A DNA stretch of 64,000 bases, taken from the NCBI GenBank assembly GCA_016218805.1, contig JACRCW010000035.1, positions 1 to 64,000 on the forward strand. Direction: 5' to 3'. Made by a program: the position numbers and the translations under genes. Shown here in pieces: positions 9,053 through 19,066 of the stretch. The notes under the pieces were generated by a model, which made no database searches, had not been told where the DNA came from, and saw only the letters and a program-made list of their open reading frames with translations. Position 1 is the first letter of the stretch; every line of letters starts with the position of its first letter. Origin of the DNA: Deltaproteobacteria bacterium. Its GTDB lineage: Bacteria > Myxococcota > JACRCW01.

Positions 9053-9934
9053 TCACTCCACGTTCTGGACCTGCTCGCGCAGCCGCTCAATCTCCGCCTT
9101 CATGTCCACCACCAGCGTGGCAATCTCAGCATCCTGGCTCTTGCTCCCCAGCGTGTTGGTCTCCCGGTGCAGTTCCTGGCACAGGAAATCCAGCTTGCGC
9201 CCGGCGGGCTCCTGCCCGGCAGCGAGGGACCGGAAGTGGCTGAAGTGCGCACGCAGGCGCGACAGCTCCTCCGCCACGTCGGCGCGCTCGGCCAGCAGGG
9301 CGCATTCCTGGGCCAGCCGGGCGGGGTCCATCCCCGCGGTACCGGCCAGTTCCAGCACGCGGGCGCGCACGCGCGCCTGCCAGTCCGCCACGGATGACGG
9401 GGCGCGGGCGGCCACGCGTGCGCACAGGGCCTCCAACTGGGTGACGCGGCCCTCCAGGTCCAGGCGCAGCGCCTCGCCCTCGCGCGTGCGCATGCGCTGC
9501 AGGTCCAGCAGGGCGGCGTCCAGCGCCGCTTCCATCGCCGGCCAGCACGCGTCGTCGTCCGCCACCGGTTCCGGGGTGACCAGCGTGTCATGCATGGCGG
9601 CCAGGTCGGACAGTGTGAGTTCCCCGGGCACGCCCAGCGTGCGGCCCAACTCCCGCATTCCCTCAACCAGCGCGCGCGCCAGGGCCAGGTCCACCCGCGC
9701 GCGCACCAGCGGCGCCGCATCCGGGCCGCTCACCACGCTCACCTCCACGCGGCCCCGGGACAACGCCGAGCGCACGCGCGCCGCGGCGCGCACCTCCAAC
9801 GCGGGCAGCCCCGCGGGCAGGCGCACGCGCACGTCCAGGTACTTGTGGTTGACGGTGCGCACTTCAGCCAGGAACGCAAACACCCCTGCGGCGCCCTGGC
9901 CACGTCCCAGCCCGGTCATGCTGCGCAGGGTCAC
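9053..9934 (-). CDS. yicC: YicC/YloC family endoribonuclease
   Basis: LRSMTGLG, VNHKYLD, RGRVEV, ADVAEELSRL, GRKLDFLCQELHRETNTLGSK, EIERLREQVQNVE. Confidence 0.95.
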   Translation of the reverse strand: MTLRSMTGLGRGQGAAGVFAFLAEVRTVNHKYLDVRVRLPAGLPALEVRAAARVRSALSRGRVEVSVVSGPDAAPLVRARVDLALARALVEGMRELGRTLGVPGELTLSDLAAMHDTLVTPEPVADDDACWPAMEAALDAALLDLQRMRTREGEALRLDLEGRVTQLEALCARVAARAPSSVADWQARVRARVLELAGTAGMDPARLAQECALLAERADVAEELSRLRAHFSHFRSLAAGQEPAGRKLDFLCQELHRETNTLGSKSQDAEIATLVVDMKAEIERLREQVQNVE

Positions 9935-10137
9935 GGCGACGAACCCAACCCGTGACGCGCGCGCCAGGCAGCCAGCGGCTCGGCCTCCTCCACCAGCATG
10001 ACGGGGATGTCGTCTTCCACGCGGTAGACCAGGCCGCTCTGCTCGCAGATGAGCGCGCCGCGGGCCTCGTCATACTGCAGGCGTGCCTTGCTCTTGGGGC
10101 AGACCAGGATGTCCAGCAATTCCTTGGGGACGGCCAT
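9931..10137 (-). CDS. Trm112/YcaR family protein
   Basis: LLDILVCPKSK..LIC..YRVEDDIPVML; GAGGA RBS. Confidence 0.9.
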   Translation of the reverse strand: MAVPKELLDILVCPKSKARLQYDEARGALICEQSGLVYRVEDDIPVMLVEEAEPLAAWRARHGLGSSP

Positions 10138-10194
10138 TGGGGTTCCTCCGCGTGGCGGTGCGCGTGTCCTAGCACGCGGCGGTTACGGGAGGCT

Positions 10195-10785
10195 TCAGCG
10201 CTGCGCCAGCCGGGCCGGTCCCCGCGGCGGCGAGGCAAACCCCGCCCACAATTCGGCGGTGGTACGGGCTGGCTGGCCGCCGGTGCGGCCCACCAGATAG
10301 TGGTTGAGCACCTTGTGCGTGCGCGGGTCACGCCGCAGGTGCGGTTGCTCCAGGTTCATCCGCAGCCGCACCACGCCCTGGCGGATGCGGGTGGCCACCA
10401 CCACCGTGCCGTCCGCATCCACGCGCTCCACGACGCCGGTGAGCGTGAGGGGGTCATTGAAGCGGCCATCCGTGTTGGCGTCACAGGTGTCATGGAAGAA
10501 GACCGCGTCACCGCGGGTGGGACGCTTGTGCCGGTGCAGCGTGCCCGCCCGGGCCGCAGCGCGGTAGATGTCCGTGACGCGCGTGCGGGCGTGGGCGGCG
10601 GTGGTGCCGCCCAGGCGCCAGGCATCCACCACCAGGTCCGCGCCACCCTGCTCCGCCGGCGCGGCAACCACGGTTGGCGCGGGCGCCGCGGCCGGGACCG
10701 CGGGGACAGTGAGCCGCGCCGTGGCGCACCCGGCCATCACCGGGAGGGCCACCGCGGCCAGCACTTCCAAGACGTGACGGTCCAC
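10195..10785 (-). CDS. Lipoprotein with NlpC/P60/CHAP-like fold, catalytic residues apparently lost
   Basis: Lipobox MAGC; PTRGDAVFFHDTCDANTDGRFNDPLTLTGVVERVDADGTV resembles myxobacterial NlpC-like proteins. Confidence 0.6.
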   Translation of the reverse strand: MDRHVLEVLAAVALPVMAGCATARLTVPAVPAAAPAPTVVAAPAEQGGADLVVDAWRLGGTTAAHARTRVTDIYRAAARAGTLHRHKRPTRGDAVFFHDTCDANTDGRFNDPLTLTGVVERVDADGTVVVATRIRQGVVRLRMNLEQPHLRRDPRTHKVLNHYLVGRTGGQPARTTAELWAGFASPPRGPARLAQR

Positions 10786-10887
10786 GGTCGGCTCCCGGCG
10801 GCGCCAGCCGGCGCCACGCGGAGCACACTACGGCCGCCGGGAAACGGGGCCAAATTCCTGACCGCACTTCCCCGCCCGTAGGACCCG

Positions 10888-11322
10888 CTAATGTTCGCAG
10901 GCGTCGTCGACGACGATGGGCCGCGGGTCAATGGAGGTAATGACCCACTCGTCCGACCCGGCCGTCATGGAGACCCTGGCGACCTCATCCTTGGCACAGG
11001 ACCACCAATCGCCGGCGCCGGTGGTGCATGCGCTCGCCGACCCGGATTCAAGGTAATACTTGTAGCTCTTGGAGATGAGCGTCTTGGGATCCAGGCCCCC
11101 GTACGAGGTCAACTCGGACAGGGTCAAGAAGGTGCCAAACTCGCCGCCGTAGGCCTCCTCCACCAGGAAGATGGCCTTGAGCACTTCCTTGGCGTCCACC
11201 TGTTTGGCGCGGCACTGGAACTTCATGTAGCTGGGGATGGCCATGGCCGCGAGAATGCCGATGATTGCCACGACAATCATCAGCTCAATAAGCGTGAATC
11301 CCTTCCCCTTGCGGCGTTTCAT
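10888..11322 (-). CDS. Type IV pilin (PilA-like)
   Basis: Class III signal [24 protein letters not shown]; four Cys in the mature part; GGGAGG RBS. Confidence 0.92.
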   Translation of the reverse strand: MKRRKGKGFTLIELMIVVAIIGILAAMAIPSYMKFQCRAKQVDAKEVLKAIFLVEEAYGGEFGTFLTLSELTSYGGLDPKTLISKSYKYYLESGSASACTTGAGDWWSCAKDEVARVSMTAGSDEWVITSIDPRPIVVDDACEH

Positions 11323-11348
11323 GCTTCCTCCCGGGCACCAGCTTGGTG

Positions 11349-11377
11349 ACCATACGCCGGCCCGGAGCGGACGTCAC
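11349..11377 (-). promoter_or_regulatory. Possible sigma70-like promoter for the pilin
   Basis: Minus strand GTGACG-17nt-TATGGT upstream of the RBS. Confidence 0.35.
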
Positions 11378-11393
11378 CTCGGGCGGGGCCGCG

Positions 11394-12848
11394 TCAGGCA
11401 GCGACCGGATCCGGGCCACCCGGCTTATCCCGCCGCCGCGGGTCCTCAGGCGGCGGGGTTGACCCGTCATCCCCGCCCGGCCGCTTGTCCGCGCGCAGGA
11501 CAAAGGACACCTGCCCCACCGCCAGCCCGTTCATCTGCTCCACGACGACGTCATACGGGCCCAGGCGCACCCGGTCCCCCACCTGGGCCAGGCGCCCCAG
11601 CAGCATGGTGAGGTGTCCCCCCAGCGTCCCGTTGTCCGGGTCCTGCACGGTGAGGCCCAGCGCCTGGTTGACCTCCGCCAGCGGCGTGGAGCCGTCCACG
11701 CGCACCATCCCCTTGCCCATGCCCTGGATCAGCGGCGTTTCTTCGTCAAACTCGTCCTGGATGGGGCCCACCAGCGCCTCCAGCACGTCTTCCAGGGTGA
11801 GCAGGCCCACCGTGCCACCGTATTCGTCCACCACCACGGCCTGGTGCGTGCGCGTGCGCTGGAACTCCTTGAGCGCGTTGGACAGCGTCAGCAACTCCGG
11901 CATGTACTTGGGCTTCCGGGCAAGACTCCGCAGCTCCGGCTCCGCGGGTGCCGCCCCCGTGGGCACCTTGGGCAGGATGCGCTTCTCCAGCAGGTCCCGC
12001 AGGTGCACCATGCCGCGAACGTGATCCAGGTCCCCATCGCACAGGGGGAAGCGGGTGAAACCGCTCTCCAGCACGGTCTGCAGGTTGGCCTGCATGGAGC
12101 GCTGCGTGTTGAGGAACGCCACCTCGCCGCGGGGGACCATGACCTCACGCACCAGCCGGTGGCTGAAGTCCAGCGCGCGGGACACCACATCCTTCTCCGC
12201 GCGTGACATGGCGCCGTCCTGGTCCGCGGACTGGTTGAGGATCATCTTGAGCTCCGCGCCCGAATGGACCTCCTTGTGTGACGTGGCCGGATCCACACCC
12301 ATGGCGCGGCACAGCGCGTTGGACGCTGAGTTGAGGCCCCAGATGGCCGGCCAGGCCAGCCCGTGGATGAGCCGCATGGGGAACGCGCTCTGCAGGACCA
12401 GCGCCTCCGCCTTGCTGATGGCCAGCACCTTGGGCGCCTGTTCGCCCACCACAATGTGCAGCGCGGTGATGATGGCAAACCCGATGGCGAAGCTGGCCAC
12501 CGGCGCGTAGCCAGCCACCTCCGCGCCTCCCAGGGCCAGCAGCGGGTCCAGCCACGGCCGCAGCAGCGCGGCCACCGCCGGCTCACCCACCCAGCCCAGC
12601 CCCAGGCTGGCCGCCGTGACGCCCAGCTGGCAGGCCGACAGGTAGCTGTCCAGCTGCGTGTGGATGCCCAGGGCGTCCCGCGCCCGGTAGCTGCCGTCCC
12701 GGGCAAGCTCCTCCAGGCGGGTGCGGCGCACCCGCACCAGCGCAAACTCCACCGCCACAAAGAACGCGTTGATGACAATCAGCACACCCGCGAGCCCGAC
12801 GCGCGCGGTCACCGACATAGAAGAGAACAACTCCACGTGGTCATTCAT
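11394..12848 (-). CDS. Hemolysin-family CNNM/CorC protein (DUF21 + 2 CBS + CorC/HlyC)
   Basis: NAFFVAVEFALV, CQLGVTAASLGLGW, VVGEQAPK, VREVMVPR, VVDEYGGTVGLLTLEDVLE. Confidence 0.93.
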   Translation of the reverse strand: MNDHVELFSSMSVTARVGLAGVLIVINAFFVAVEFALVRVRRTRLEELARDGSYRARDALGIHTQLDSYLSACQLGVTAASLGLGWVGEPAVAALLRPWLDPLLALGGAEVAGYAPVASFAIGFAIITALHIVVGEQAPKVLAISKAEALVLQSAFPMRLIHGLAWPAIWGLNSASNALCRAMGVDPATSHKEVHSGAELKMILNQSADQDGAMSRAEKDVVSRALDFSHRLVREVMVPRGEVAFLNTQRSMQANLQTVLESGFTRFPLCDGDLDHVRGMVHLRDLLEKRILPKVPTGAAPAEPELRSLARKPKYMPELLTLSNALKEFQRTRTHQAVVVDEYGGTVGLLTLEDVLEALVGPIQDEFDEETPLIQGMGKGMVRVDGSTPLAEVNQALGLTVQDPDNGTLGGHLTMLLGRLAQVGDRVRLGPYDVVVEQMNGLAVGQVSFVLRADKRPGGDDGSTPPPEDPRRRDKPGGPDPVAA

Positions 12849-13127
12849 GGCTGCCGCCGCATGGCCGGATGGCGGGCTTGGTAGGTCTTGGGGCCCATGG
12901 GTTCCACACATTGTAGGCCAACGCGGTCGGGTTGGCCGGATGGCCCGCAGTGATGGGTCGCGGCGGGTGGAATATTAAGTCAATACAATGCGTTGACGCG
13001 GCAAGCGATCATGGTTGCGGCCCCGCTTGGCCCGTGATCCCGAGGCGGGTTGAGGGCGCCTGCACCCGCGGGTAGGGGTGCGGGCACACGCTGCGGACGC
13101 CCGCGGCGGCCCAGGAGTCCCCGGTCC

Positions 13128-13790
13128 GTGGCCATTGCGTACGTCTATGACGGCAAGTTGTACCTGGCGGCCAGCCGGCATTGCACGCTGGCGTGTTCGT
13201 TCTGCCCCAAGGTGCACGGGCAGTGGAACGTGGCCGGCAATGACATGAGCCGTGACCAGGAGCCCACCGCCTCCCAACTGCTGGCGGCGGTGGATGCGCT
13301 GGGCGTACCCACCTCCATGGAGGCGGCGTTTGTGGGCCTGGGCGAGCCCACCTTCCGCCTGGACGTGGTGTGCGAGGTGGGCCGCACCCTGCGCCAGCGC
13401 GGCCACCGCGTGCGGCTGGTCACCGACGGGCTGGCCAACCTGCGCGCCGGGAAGGACGTCACGCCGGCGCTGGAGGGATGCGTGGACGAGGTGAACGTCT
13501 CCCTCAACGCGCCTGACGGCGCCAGCTACGCGCGCCTGTGCCCCAACCGCTACGGGCCCGCGGCGCATGCCGCCGTGTGCGCGTTCATCCGCACCGCGCA
13601 GGCGCGGCTCCCGTGCGTGGTGGCCACGGTGGTGGCGGCGCCGGGCGTGGATGTGGACGCGTGCCGCGCGCTGGGGCGCACGCTGGGGGTGCCCGTGCGG
13701 GTCCGGCCGTATTTTGACCCCGTCACCGGGTCACCGCATGAGCAGGGAACGGAACTTCTCCCCGCGCGCGGGAGCCAGGACCGGGCATGA
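13128..13790 (+). CDS. Radical SAM protein, TatD-associated family-like
   Basis: CTLACSFC (CX3CX2C), FVGLGEPT, VSLNAPD; GTG start after AGGAG. Confidence 0.85.
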   Translation: MAIAYVYDGKLYLAASRHCTLACSFCPKVHGQWNVAGNDMSRDQEPTASQLLAAVDALGVPTSMEAAFVGLGEPTFRLDVVCEVGRTLRQRGHRVRLVTDGLANLRAGKDVTPALEGCVDEVNVSLNAPDGASYARLCPNRYGPAAHAAVCAFIRTAQARLPCVVATVVAAPGVDVDACRALGRTLGVPVRVRPYFDPVTGSPHEQGTELLPARGSQDRA

Positions 13791-14905
13791 GCGGGGAAAC
13801 GGTGGTGGTGGTGGGTGGCGGCATTGCCGGGCTGGCCACGGCGTGGCAGCTGGCGCGCCTGGGCGCGCGGGTGTGCCTGGTGGAGATGGAGCCCGCGGCC
13901 GCCACGCACGCCTCCGGCCGCAACGCGGCCATCTTCCGCTCCGTGGACATGCATCCGGACACCGCGGGCCTGGCCACCCGCAGCCGAGCGCTGCTGAACG
14001 ACCTGGGCGTGCCCGGCGCACTGCGCGCCCGCGGCGTGCTGCTTTTGGGTCCGGAGGACCGGGTGGACGCGCTGGCGACACGCGCCCGGGAGCACACGGT
14101 GCGTCACGAACGCCTGGATCCGAACGGGTGTGCGCGCCGCGCGCCGCTGGTGGCGGGGGGCGGCGGCACCGGCGGGCTGTGGGTGCCGGGCGACGGTGTC
14201 CTGGATGTGCACGCCGTGGTGCAGGCGCTGCTCGGGCGATTGCGGGCGGCGGGGGCGGAGGTCCTGCTGGGCTGCCCGGTGGCGTTGTCCGTGACGCCGG
14301 GCGGCGCCCAGGTGCGCCTTGCCGACGGGACGGTGCGCCAGGGCGGCGCGGTGGTGCTCGCCGCAGGGGCCTGGTCTTCGGCGCTGGCCGGCCGCGCCGG
14401 ACTGGGGCTCCCGCTGCGGGCCATGCGGCGCCACCTGGCCCATCTGGGTGGCGTGGAGAATGTGGACGCGGAGCACCCGGTGGTCTGGGGCACCGGGCCG
14501 GATGAGGTCTACTTCCGTCCGGAATCAGGCGGTCTGCTGGCAAGCCCGTGTGACGAAGCGGAGGGACCGCCCGGGGAGCCGCCCATTGATGAGACGGTGG
14601 CCGCGCTGCTGGCGGAGCGGCTGGGCCGGCTGGCCCCCGCGGTGGCGGGAGCGCAGTTGCGGCGGCTGTGGACGTGTCAGCGGACGTTCGCGCCGGACCG
14701 GGAGTTTGTGCTGGGTCCGGACCCGCGCGCCCCGTCCGTGGTGTGGGCCACCGGCCTGGGCGGCCGTGGCATGACGTGCGGACTGGCGCTGGGTGAGCTG
14801 GCGGCGCGCGCCGCGCTGGGGCTGGCGCCGGCTCCCGCGGCGATGCTGCCTGGGCGGCTGCTGCCGCCGGCGCCAGGTGCGGATGGCGTGGCCGCAGGCG
14901 GCTGA
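13787..14905 (+). CDS. FAD-dependent oxidoreductase (DAO/glycine oxidase family)
   Basis: VVVGGGIAG, ASGRNAA, VVLAAGAWS, YFRPESGG, ATGLGGRGM; ATGA overlap. Confidence 0.9.
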   Translation: MSGETVVVVGGGIAGLATAWQLARLGARVCLVEMEPAAATHASGRNAAIFRSVDMHPDTAGLATRSRALLNDLGVPGALRARGVLLLGPEDRVDALATRAREHTVRHERLDPNGCARRAPLVAGGGGTGGLWVPGDGVLDVHAVVQALLGRLRAAGAEVLLGCPVALSVTPGGAQVRLADGTVRQGGAVVLAAGAWSSALAGRAGLGLPLRAMRRHLAHLGGVENVDAEHPVVWGTGPDEVYFRPESGGLLASPCDEAEGPPGEPPIDETVAALLAERLGRLAPAVAGAQLRRLWTCQRTFAPDREFVLGPDPRAPSVVWATGLGGRGMTCGLALGELAARAALGLAPAPAAMLPGRLLPPAPGADGVAAGG

Positions 14906-14916
14906 CGAGCGGCGCC

Positions 14917-17916
14917 TCAGTCCACCTCGCGCGTGACGCGTGCGCCGTCCGCGGTGCGCTCCACGTGCAGCCGTGCGGGCAGGCGCGCGCACATCTCCGG
15001 CAGGTGGCTGACCACACCCACCATGCGGCCACTGGACTGCAGCGCCTCCAGCGCCTGGGTCGCCTGGTCCAGCATCTCCGGGTCCAGCGTGCCAAAGCCC
15101 TCGTCAATGAACAGGCTGTCCAGCGCCGTGGCGCCGCGCGCGCGCTGCACCTGCTGGGACAGTTCCAGCGCCAGCGCCAGTGACGCCAGGAACGTTTCGC
15201 CCCCGCTGAGGGTGGATGCCGGCCGCCGTTCGCCCGCGTGGTCATGGTCCACCACCAGGAACTCGTCGTCCTCCAGCGCCAGGCCATAGCGGCCGGTCAG
15301 CGTGCCCAGCCGCAGGGAGGCGCCGGCCACCAGCGCCTCAAACGTCTCCCGCAGGACGTACGCCTGGAACCGGTCGGAGCGCAGGTCCTCGGCGAGAACC
15401 GCGTGGACGGACGCTTCGGCGCGGGCGGTGGCCAGTTCCCCGTGCAGCGCGCCCGCCCGGGCCGCGCGGGATGCGGCCTCGCGGGCCTCCGCCTCAGCGC
15501 GGCCCTGTTGGACCAGCAGTTCCTGCAGGCGCGCCCGCGCGGCGTCCACCGCCCGCGCCGCCTGGTCCACCGCGTCCGACGACACCTCCCGTGCGCCGCG
15601 GGCCACCGCGTCCGCCTGGCGCGCGCTGGCCACAGCGAGCCCCTCCGCATGCTGACGGACCCGGACCTCCAGCGCCTGCCGCGTCTCCGGCGACACCAAC
15701 GCCTGCAGTGCGTCGTGCGCGGACGCCAGGCCCGCCCGGAGCGCCGCCTGCTCCGCGGCCGCGCGGGCATCCGCCGCTTCCCGCCGGACCAGGTCCACCC
15801 GCTCCGCCAGGGTGCGCGCCCGGCTGGCGGCCTGCTGCTCAACCGCAGCGGCGCGGTGCGCGGCTTCGTGGGCGGCACGCTCCCGGGCGGCCAGGGCCTC
15901 CAGCCGCACCGCCACCTCGGCCCGCTCCGCCTCCACGTCATCCCGCGTGGTCACGCGGGCCACCTCCGCCGTGGCCCGGGCATGTTCCGCGCGCGCGTCC
16001 TCCTCGGAGCGCGCCAGCGCGTCGCGCCGCTCGCGCACGTGCTCCACCTCCTGGTCCGCGCGCGCCCGCGCGTGTGCCGCGTCCTGGTGCGCGCGGGTGG
16101 CGGCCTGCACGCGCTCCCGCGCCACGGCGCGCCGGTGGACCCTTTCCTCCAGCGCGGCCCACGCCTCCTCCACCTCCTGGGGCCGGCGGCCCTCCAGCCG
16201 CGCGCGCAGCGCTTCCACGGCCGCGCGCGTGCGCTCGACGGTCTGCTGGCGCTCCTCAAGCAACGCCCCCGCCGCCGCCAGGCTGGCGCGCCGCAATCCC
16301 GCCTCCTGCTGCAGCGTGTCGCTGCGCCCCACCGCCTCCGCGCAGCGCGCCTCGGCGGCCCGCGCCGCGCCGTCTCCGGGCTCGGCCGCGTCGGCGTCAC
16401 GCAGGGCGCCCACCGCTGCACCGCACACCGGGCAGGCCGCGCCGGGCACCAGCGTGGCGCGCAGCGCAGCCGCCGCGGCGTGCGCGCGCAGGTGGTCGCG
16501 GGCCGTCCGCGCCTCGTCCGCGGCGCGCTCACCGGCGCGCGCGGCCTCCTCCGCGCGCTGGCATTGCGCGGCCTCCTGTTCATGCCGGGCGCGGGCGTCC
16601 TCCCGCGCGCCCTCTGCAGCCGCGAGCGCGCCCGAGGTGCGCGCCAGCTCCGCCACCACGCCGCGCAGCGGGTCCAGGCGCTCCCGTTCCGCCGCGGGAT
16701 CATCCCCGGGGTCCAGCGCCCGCTGCTCCGTTTCAAGCGCCGCGTGCGCACGCGTGGCAGCCAGGCCCGCGCGCTCCTGCGCGGCCTCGGCCTCCCGCAG
16801 CGCGTCCTGGGCCGCCGCCCGTTCCCGCCGCAGCCCGAACAGCCGCTCCCACGCCCGGTCACGCGCGGCCAGAAAGCCGCGGAGCGAATCCAGCGCCGCC
16901 ACGCGCGCCCGCAAGCCCGGCAGCGCCTGCGCGTCCCGCTCCACGTCCGCCAGCGCGTCCTCCGCCCGGGCGGACTCCGCGCGCAGGGCACGCAGCTCCG
17001 CTTCGGTGGTGACCAGGTCCGCTTCCGCGGCGGCGCACGCACCGGCCGCCCGCTGGTCCGCTTCCAGCACCCCGCGGCAGGGCTCGGCGCGCGCGGCACC
17101 CTCAAGCCGCCGCCCCGCCTCCAGGACGGCGGCCGCGTCCTCGGCGGCCGCGCGCAGCGTCGCACGCGCCGCGCACAGCACCTCAAACGCCGCGCGCGCG
17201 CGCGCCAACCCCTCGTGCGCCGCCTGGAGTTGTTCCACCTCGGCGGACGCCGCGGCCACCTGGCCCGCCAGCGCCGTCACGCGCGCCGCCGCCGCCGCGG
17301 CGGTCTCCGGCGTGGCCCCGCCCAGGTCCCCCTCCAGGCGCGCCTGCAACTGCACCGCGGGGGCCGCCGCCGCCGCACGCCGGCGCTCCGCCGCCTGGCG
17401 CATCGCCTCAAACTGACCCACCCCCACGAGGTCTCGCAGGATCGCGCGGCGCTCCCGGCCGCTGCTTCCCAGGAACCGCGCGAATTCACCCTGTGGCAGC
17501 AGCACGGCCTGGAGAAACGCCTCACACGGCAGGCCCAGCAGCGCGCCAATGTGCTCACCCACCGCGTCCGCGCCCGACGCCACCGTGCGCGGCGCCTCCG
17601 GGCCCGTGACGTCCTCCAGCACCGCGTCCCCCGCACGCGCGCGCCGTGCCGTGCGGGACACGCGCCAGGTCCGTCCCTGCGCTTCAAACTCGAGACACAC
17701 CGCCATGCGGTCCCGGCCCAGCGTGATGATGTCTTTGTGCACGTGGCCCAGCCGCGGCACGCGCCCGTACAGCGCAAACACCAGCGCATCCAGCAGGCTG
17801 GACTTGCCCGCGCCGGTGGCGCCGCTGATGGCAAACAGGGTCAGCCCGCGGAAGTCCACCTCCTGCCGCACGGCAAAACAGGCGAATCCCTCCAGGGACA
17901 GCTGCACCGGCCGCAC
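14917..17916 (-). CDS. sbcC: SbcC/Rad50-like SMC ATPase
   Basis: Walker A GATGAGKS, LLPQGEF, CPVC zinc hook, LSGGE, FIDEGFG; GTG start 4 nt after sbcD. Confidence 0.93.
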   Translation of the reverse strand: MRPVQLSLEGFACFAVRQEVDFRGLTLFAISGATGAGKSSLLDALVFALYGRVPRLGHVHKDIITLGRDRMAVCLEFEAQGRTWRVSRTARRARAGDAVLEDVTGPEAPRTVASGADAVGEHIGALLGLPCEAFLQAVLLPQGEFARFLGSSGRERRAILRDLVGVGQFEAMRQAAERRRAAAAAPAVQLQARLEGDLGGATPETAAAAAARVTALAGQVAAASAEVEQLQAAHEGLARARAAFEVLCAARATLRAAAEDAAAVLEAGRRLEGAARAEPCRGVLEADQRAAGACAAAEADLVTTEAELRALRAESARAEDALADVERDAQALPGLRARVAALDSLRGFLAARDRAWERLFGLRRERAAAQDALREAEAAQERAGLAATRAHAALETEQRALDPGDDPAAERERLDPLRGVVAELARTSGALAAAEGAREDARARHEQEAAQCQRAEEAARAGERAADEARTARDHLRAHAAAAALRATLVPGAACPVCGAAVGALRDADAAEPGDGAARAAEARCAEAVGRSDTLQQEAGLRRASLAAAGALLEERQQTVERTRAAVEALRARLEGRRPQEVEEAWAALEERVHRRAVARERVQAATRAHQDAAHARARADQEVEHVRERRDALARSEEDARAEHARATAEVARVTTRDDVEAERAEVAVRLEALAARERAAHEAAHRAAAVEQQAASRARTLAERVDLVRREAADARAAAEQAALRAGLASAHDALQALVSPETRQALEVRVRQHAEGLAVASARQADAVARGAREVSSDAVDQAARAVDAARARLQELLVQQGRAEAEAREAASRAARAGALHGELATARAEASVHAVLAEDLRSDRFQAYVLRETFEALVAGASLRLGTLTGRYGLALEDDEFLVVDHDHAGERRPASTLSGGETFLASLALALELSQQVQRARGATALDSLFIDEGFGTLDPEMLDQATQALEALQSSGRMVGVVSHLPEMCARLPARLHVERTADGARVTREVD

Positions 17917-17920
17917 GACG

Positions 17921-19066
17921 TCACCCGCCGTCAGCCGGCGCCAGCCCGTCAAACGCGTCCAGCAGTGCGTCCCCCGGCTCCGCCCCGCGCGAGGCGCGCA
18001 CGTACTCCGCGTACAGCGCGCGCGGTGGCAGCGCGCTGGCGTGCACCCCGGCGGGCGGCGGCGCCTGCGAGGGACGCTCCACCTCAACGCTCACCGCGTT
18101 GGGGAGCAGCCGGCGCACGCGACCGTTCACGTCCGGCTCCGGGCCTTGCAGCGCCACCGTCACGTGCAGCCACCCGGACGCGCGCAGCGACTCCGCATCC
18201 CGCTCCAGCACGGCCAGGGACCCGGCCACCTTCCGCAGCGGCCGTCCCCCCTGGTAGGGCAGCCGCGTCGCACGCGTGGGCTGCCCGGGCTCCACGTCCA
18301 CCAGCAGGTAGCCCTTCTCCTCGCCGGCCTCGCCAAAATCCAGCTGCAGCGGCGAGCCCGCGTAGAACGTGGGCACGCCCGTCCCCTGCACGCGCTGTGG
18401 CCGGTGCAGGTGCCCCAGCCCGGCGTAGTCCGCGCTCCCCGGGATGGCCTCCGCGCTGGCCGCCCAGTCCTGCTCAACGTGCACCGCGCGTTCGCTGCCC
18501 GACAGCAGCGCGCCCTCCAGGTGTGCGTGCGCCAGCAGCACGTTGGCAACGCCCGGCCTGAACCCCGCGCACAGCGCCGCCACCAGCGACGCAAACGCCT
18601 CCGCGTAGGCGCGGCGCGCCGTCACCTCGTCACCCAGCAGCGCGCGCGCCTCCAGGAGCGCGCGCGGGTGCGCAAACGGGACCGCCGCCACCCGCACCGC
18701 CTCCCCGGACCGCGCGGCAACCTCAACCAGGCGGTGGCGCGGGCGTCCCACGGCGGTGACCCCGGCCAGTTCCGCCAGCGTCCCCCACGCCTCCAGCCGC
18801 GCGGGGGAATCATGGTTCCCGGCAAGCACCACCGCCGCGGCCCCCGCGCGTCCCACCCGGCGGAAGAAGCTGAACACCAGCCGTTCGGCCTCCGCGGGCG
18901 GCGCGCCCATGTCAAAGACGTCCCCGGAGTGGAGCAGCACGTCCACGCGCTCGCGCTCCACCACCTCACCCAGGTGCTCCAGCACCGCGCCCAGCTCGTC
19001 CAGGCGGGAGACCCCTTTCCAGGAACGCCCTGCGTGCCAATCACTGGTGTGGAGAAACCGGACCAT
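17921..19066 (-). CDS. sbcD: SbcD/Mre11-like exonuclease
   Basis: LHTSDWH, SGDVFD, GNHDS, LGHLH, YAGSPLQLDFGE (alternative start 19078). Confidence 0.93.
   Translation of the reverse strand: MVRFLHTSDWHAGRSWKGVSRLDELGAVLEHLGEVVERERVDVLLHSGDVFDMGAPPAEAERLVFSFFRRVGRAGAAAVVLAGNHDSPARLEAWGTLAELAGVTAVGRPRHRLVEVAARSGEAVRVAAVPFAHPRALLEARALLGDEVTARRAYAEAFASLVAALCAGFRPGVANVLLAHAHLEGALLSGSERAVHVEQDWAASAEAIPGSADYAGLGHLHRPQRVQGTGVPTFYAGSPLQLDFGEAGEEKGYLLVDVEPGQPTRATRLPYQGGRPLRKVAGSLAVLERDAESLRASGWLHVTVALQGPEPDVNGRVRRLLPNAVSVEVERPSQAPPPAGVHASALPPRALYAEYVRASRGAEPGDALLDAFDGLAPADGG

Noticed and set aside
15300..17400. Highly repetitive GC-rich stretch
   Set aside because: Ala/Arg/Glu coiled coil of SbcC, not a DNA repeat array
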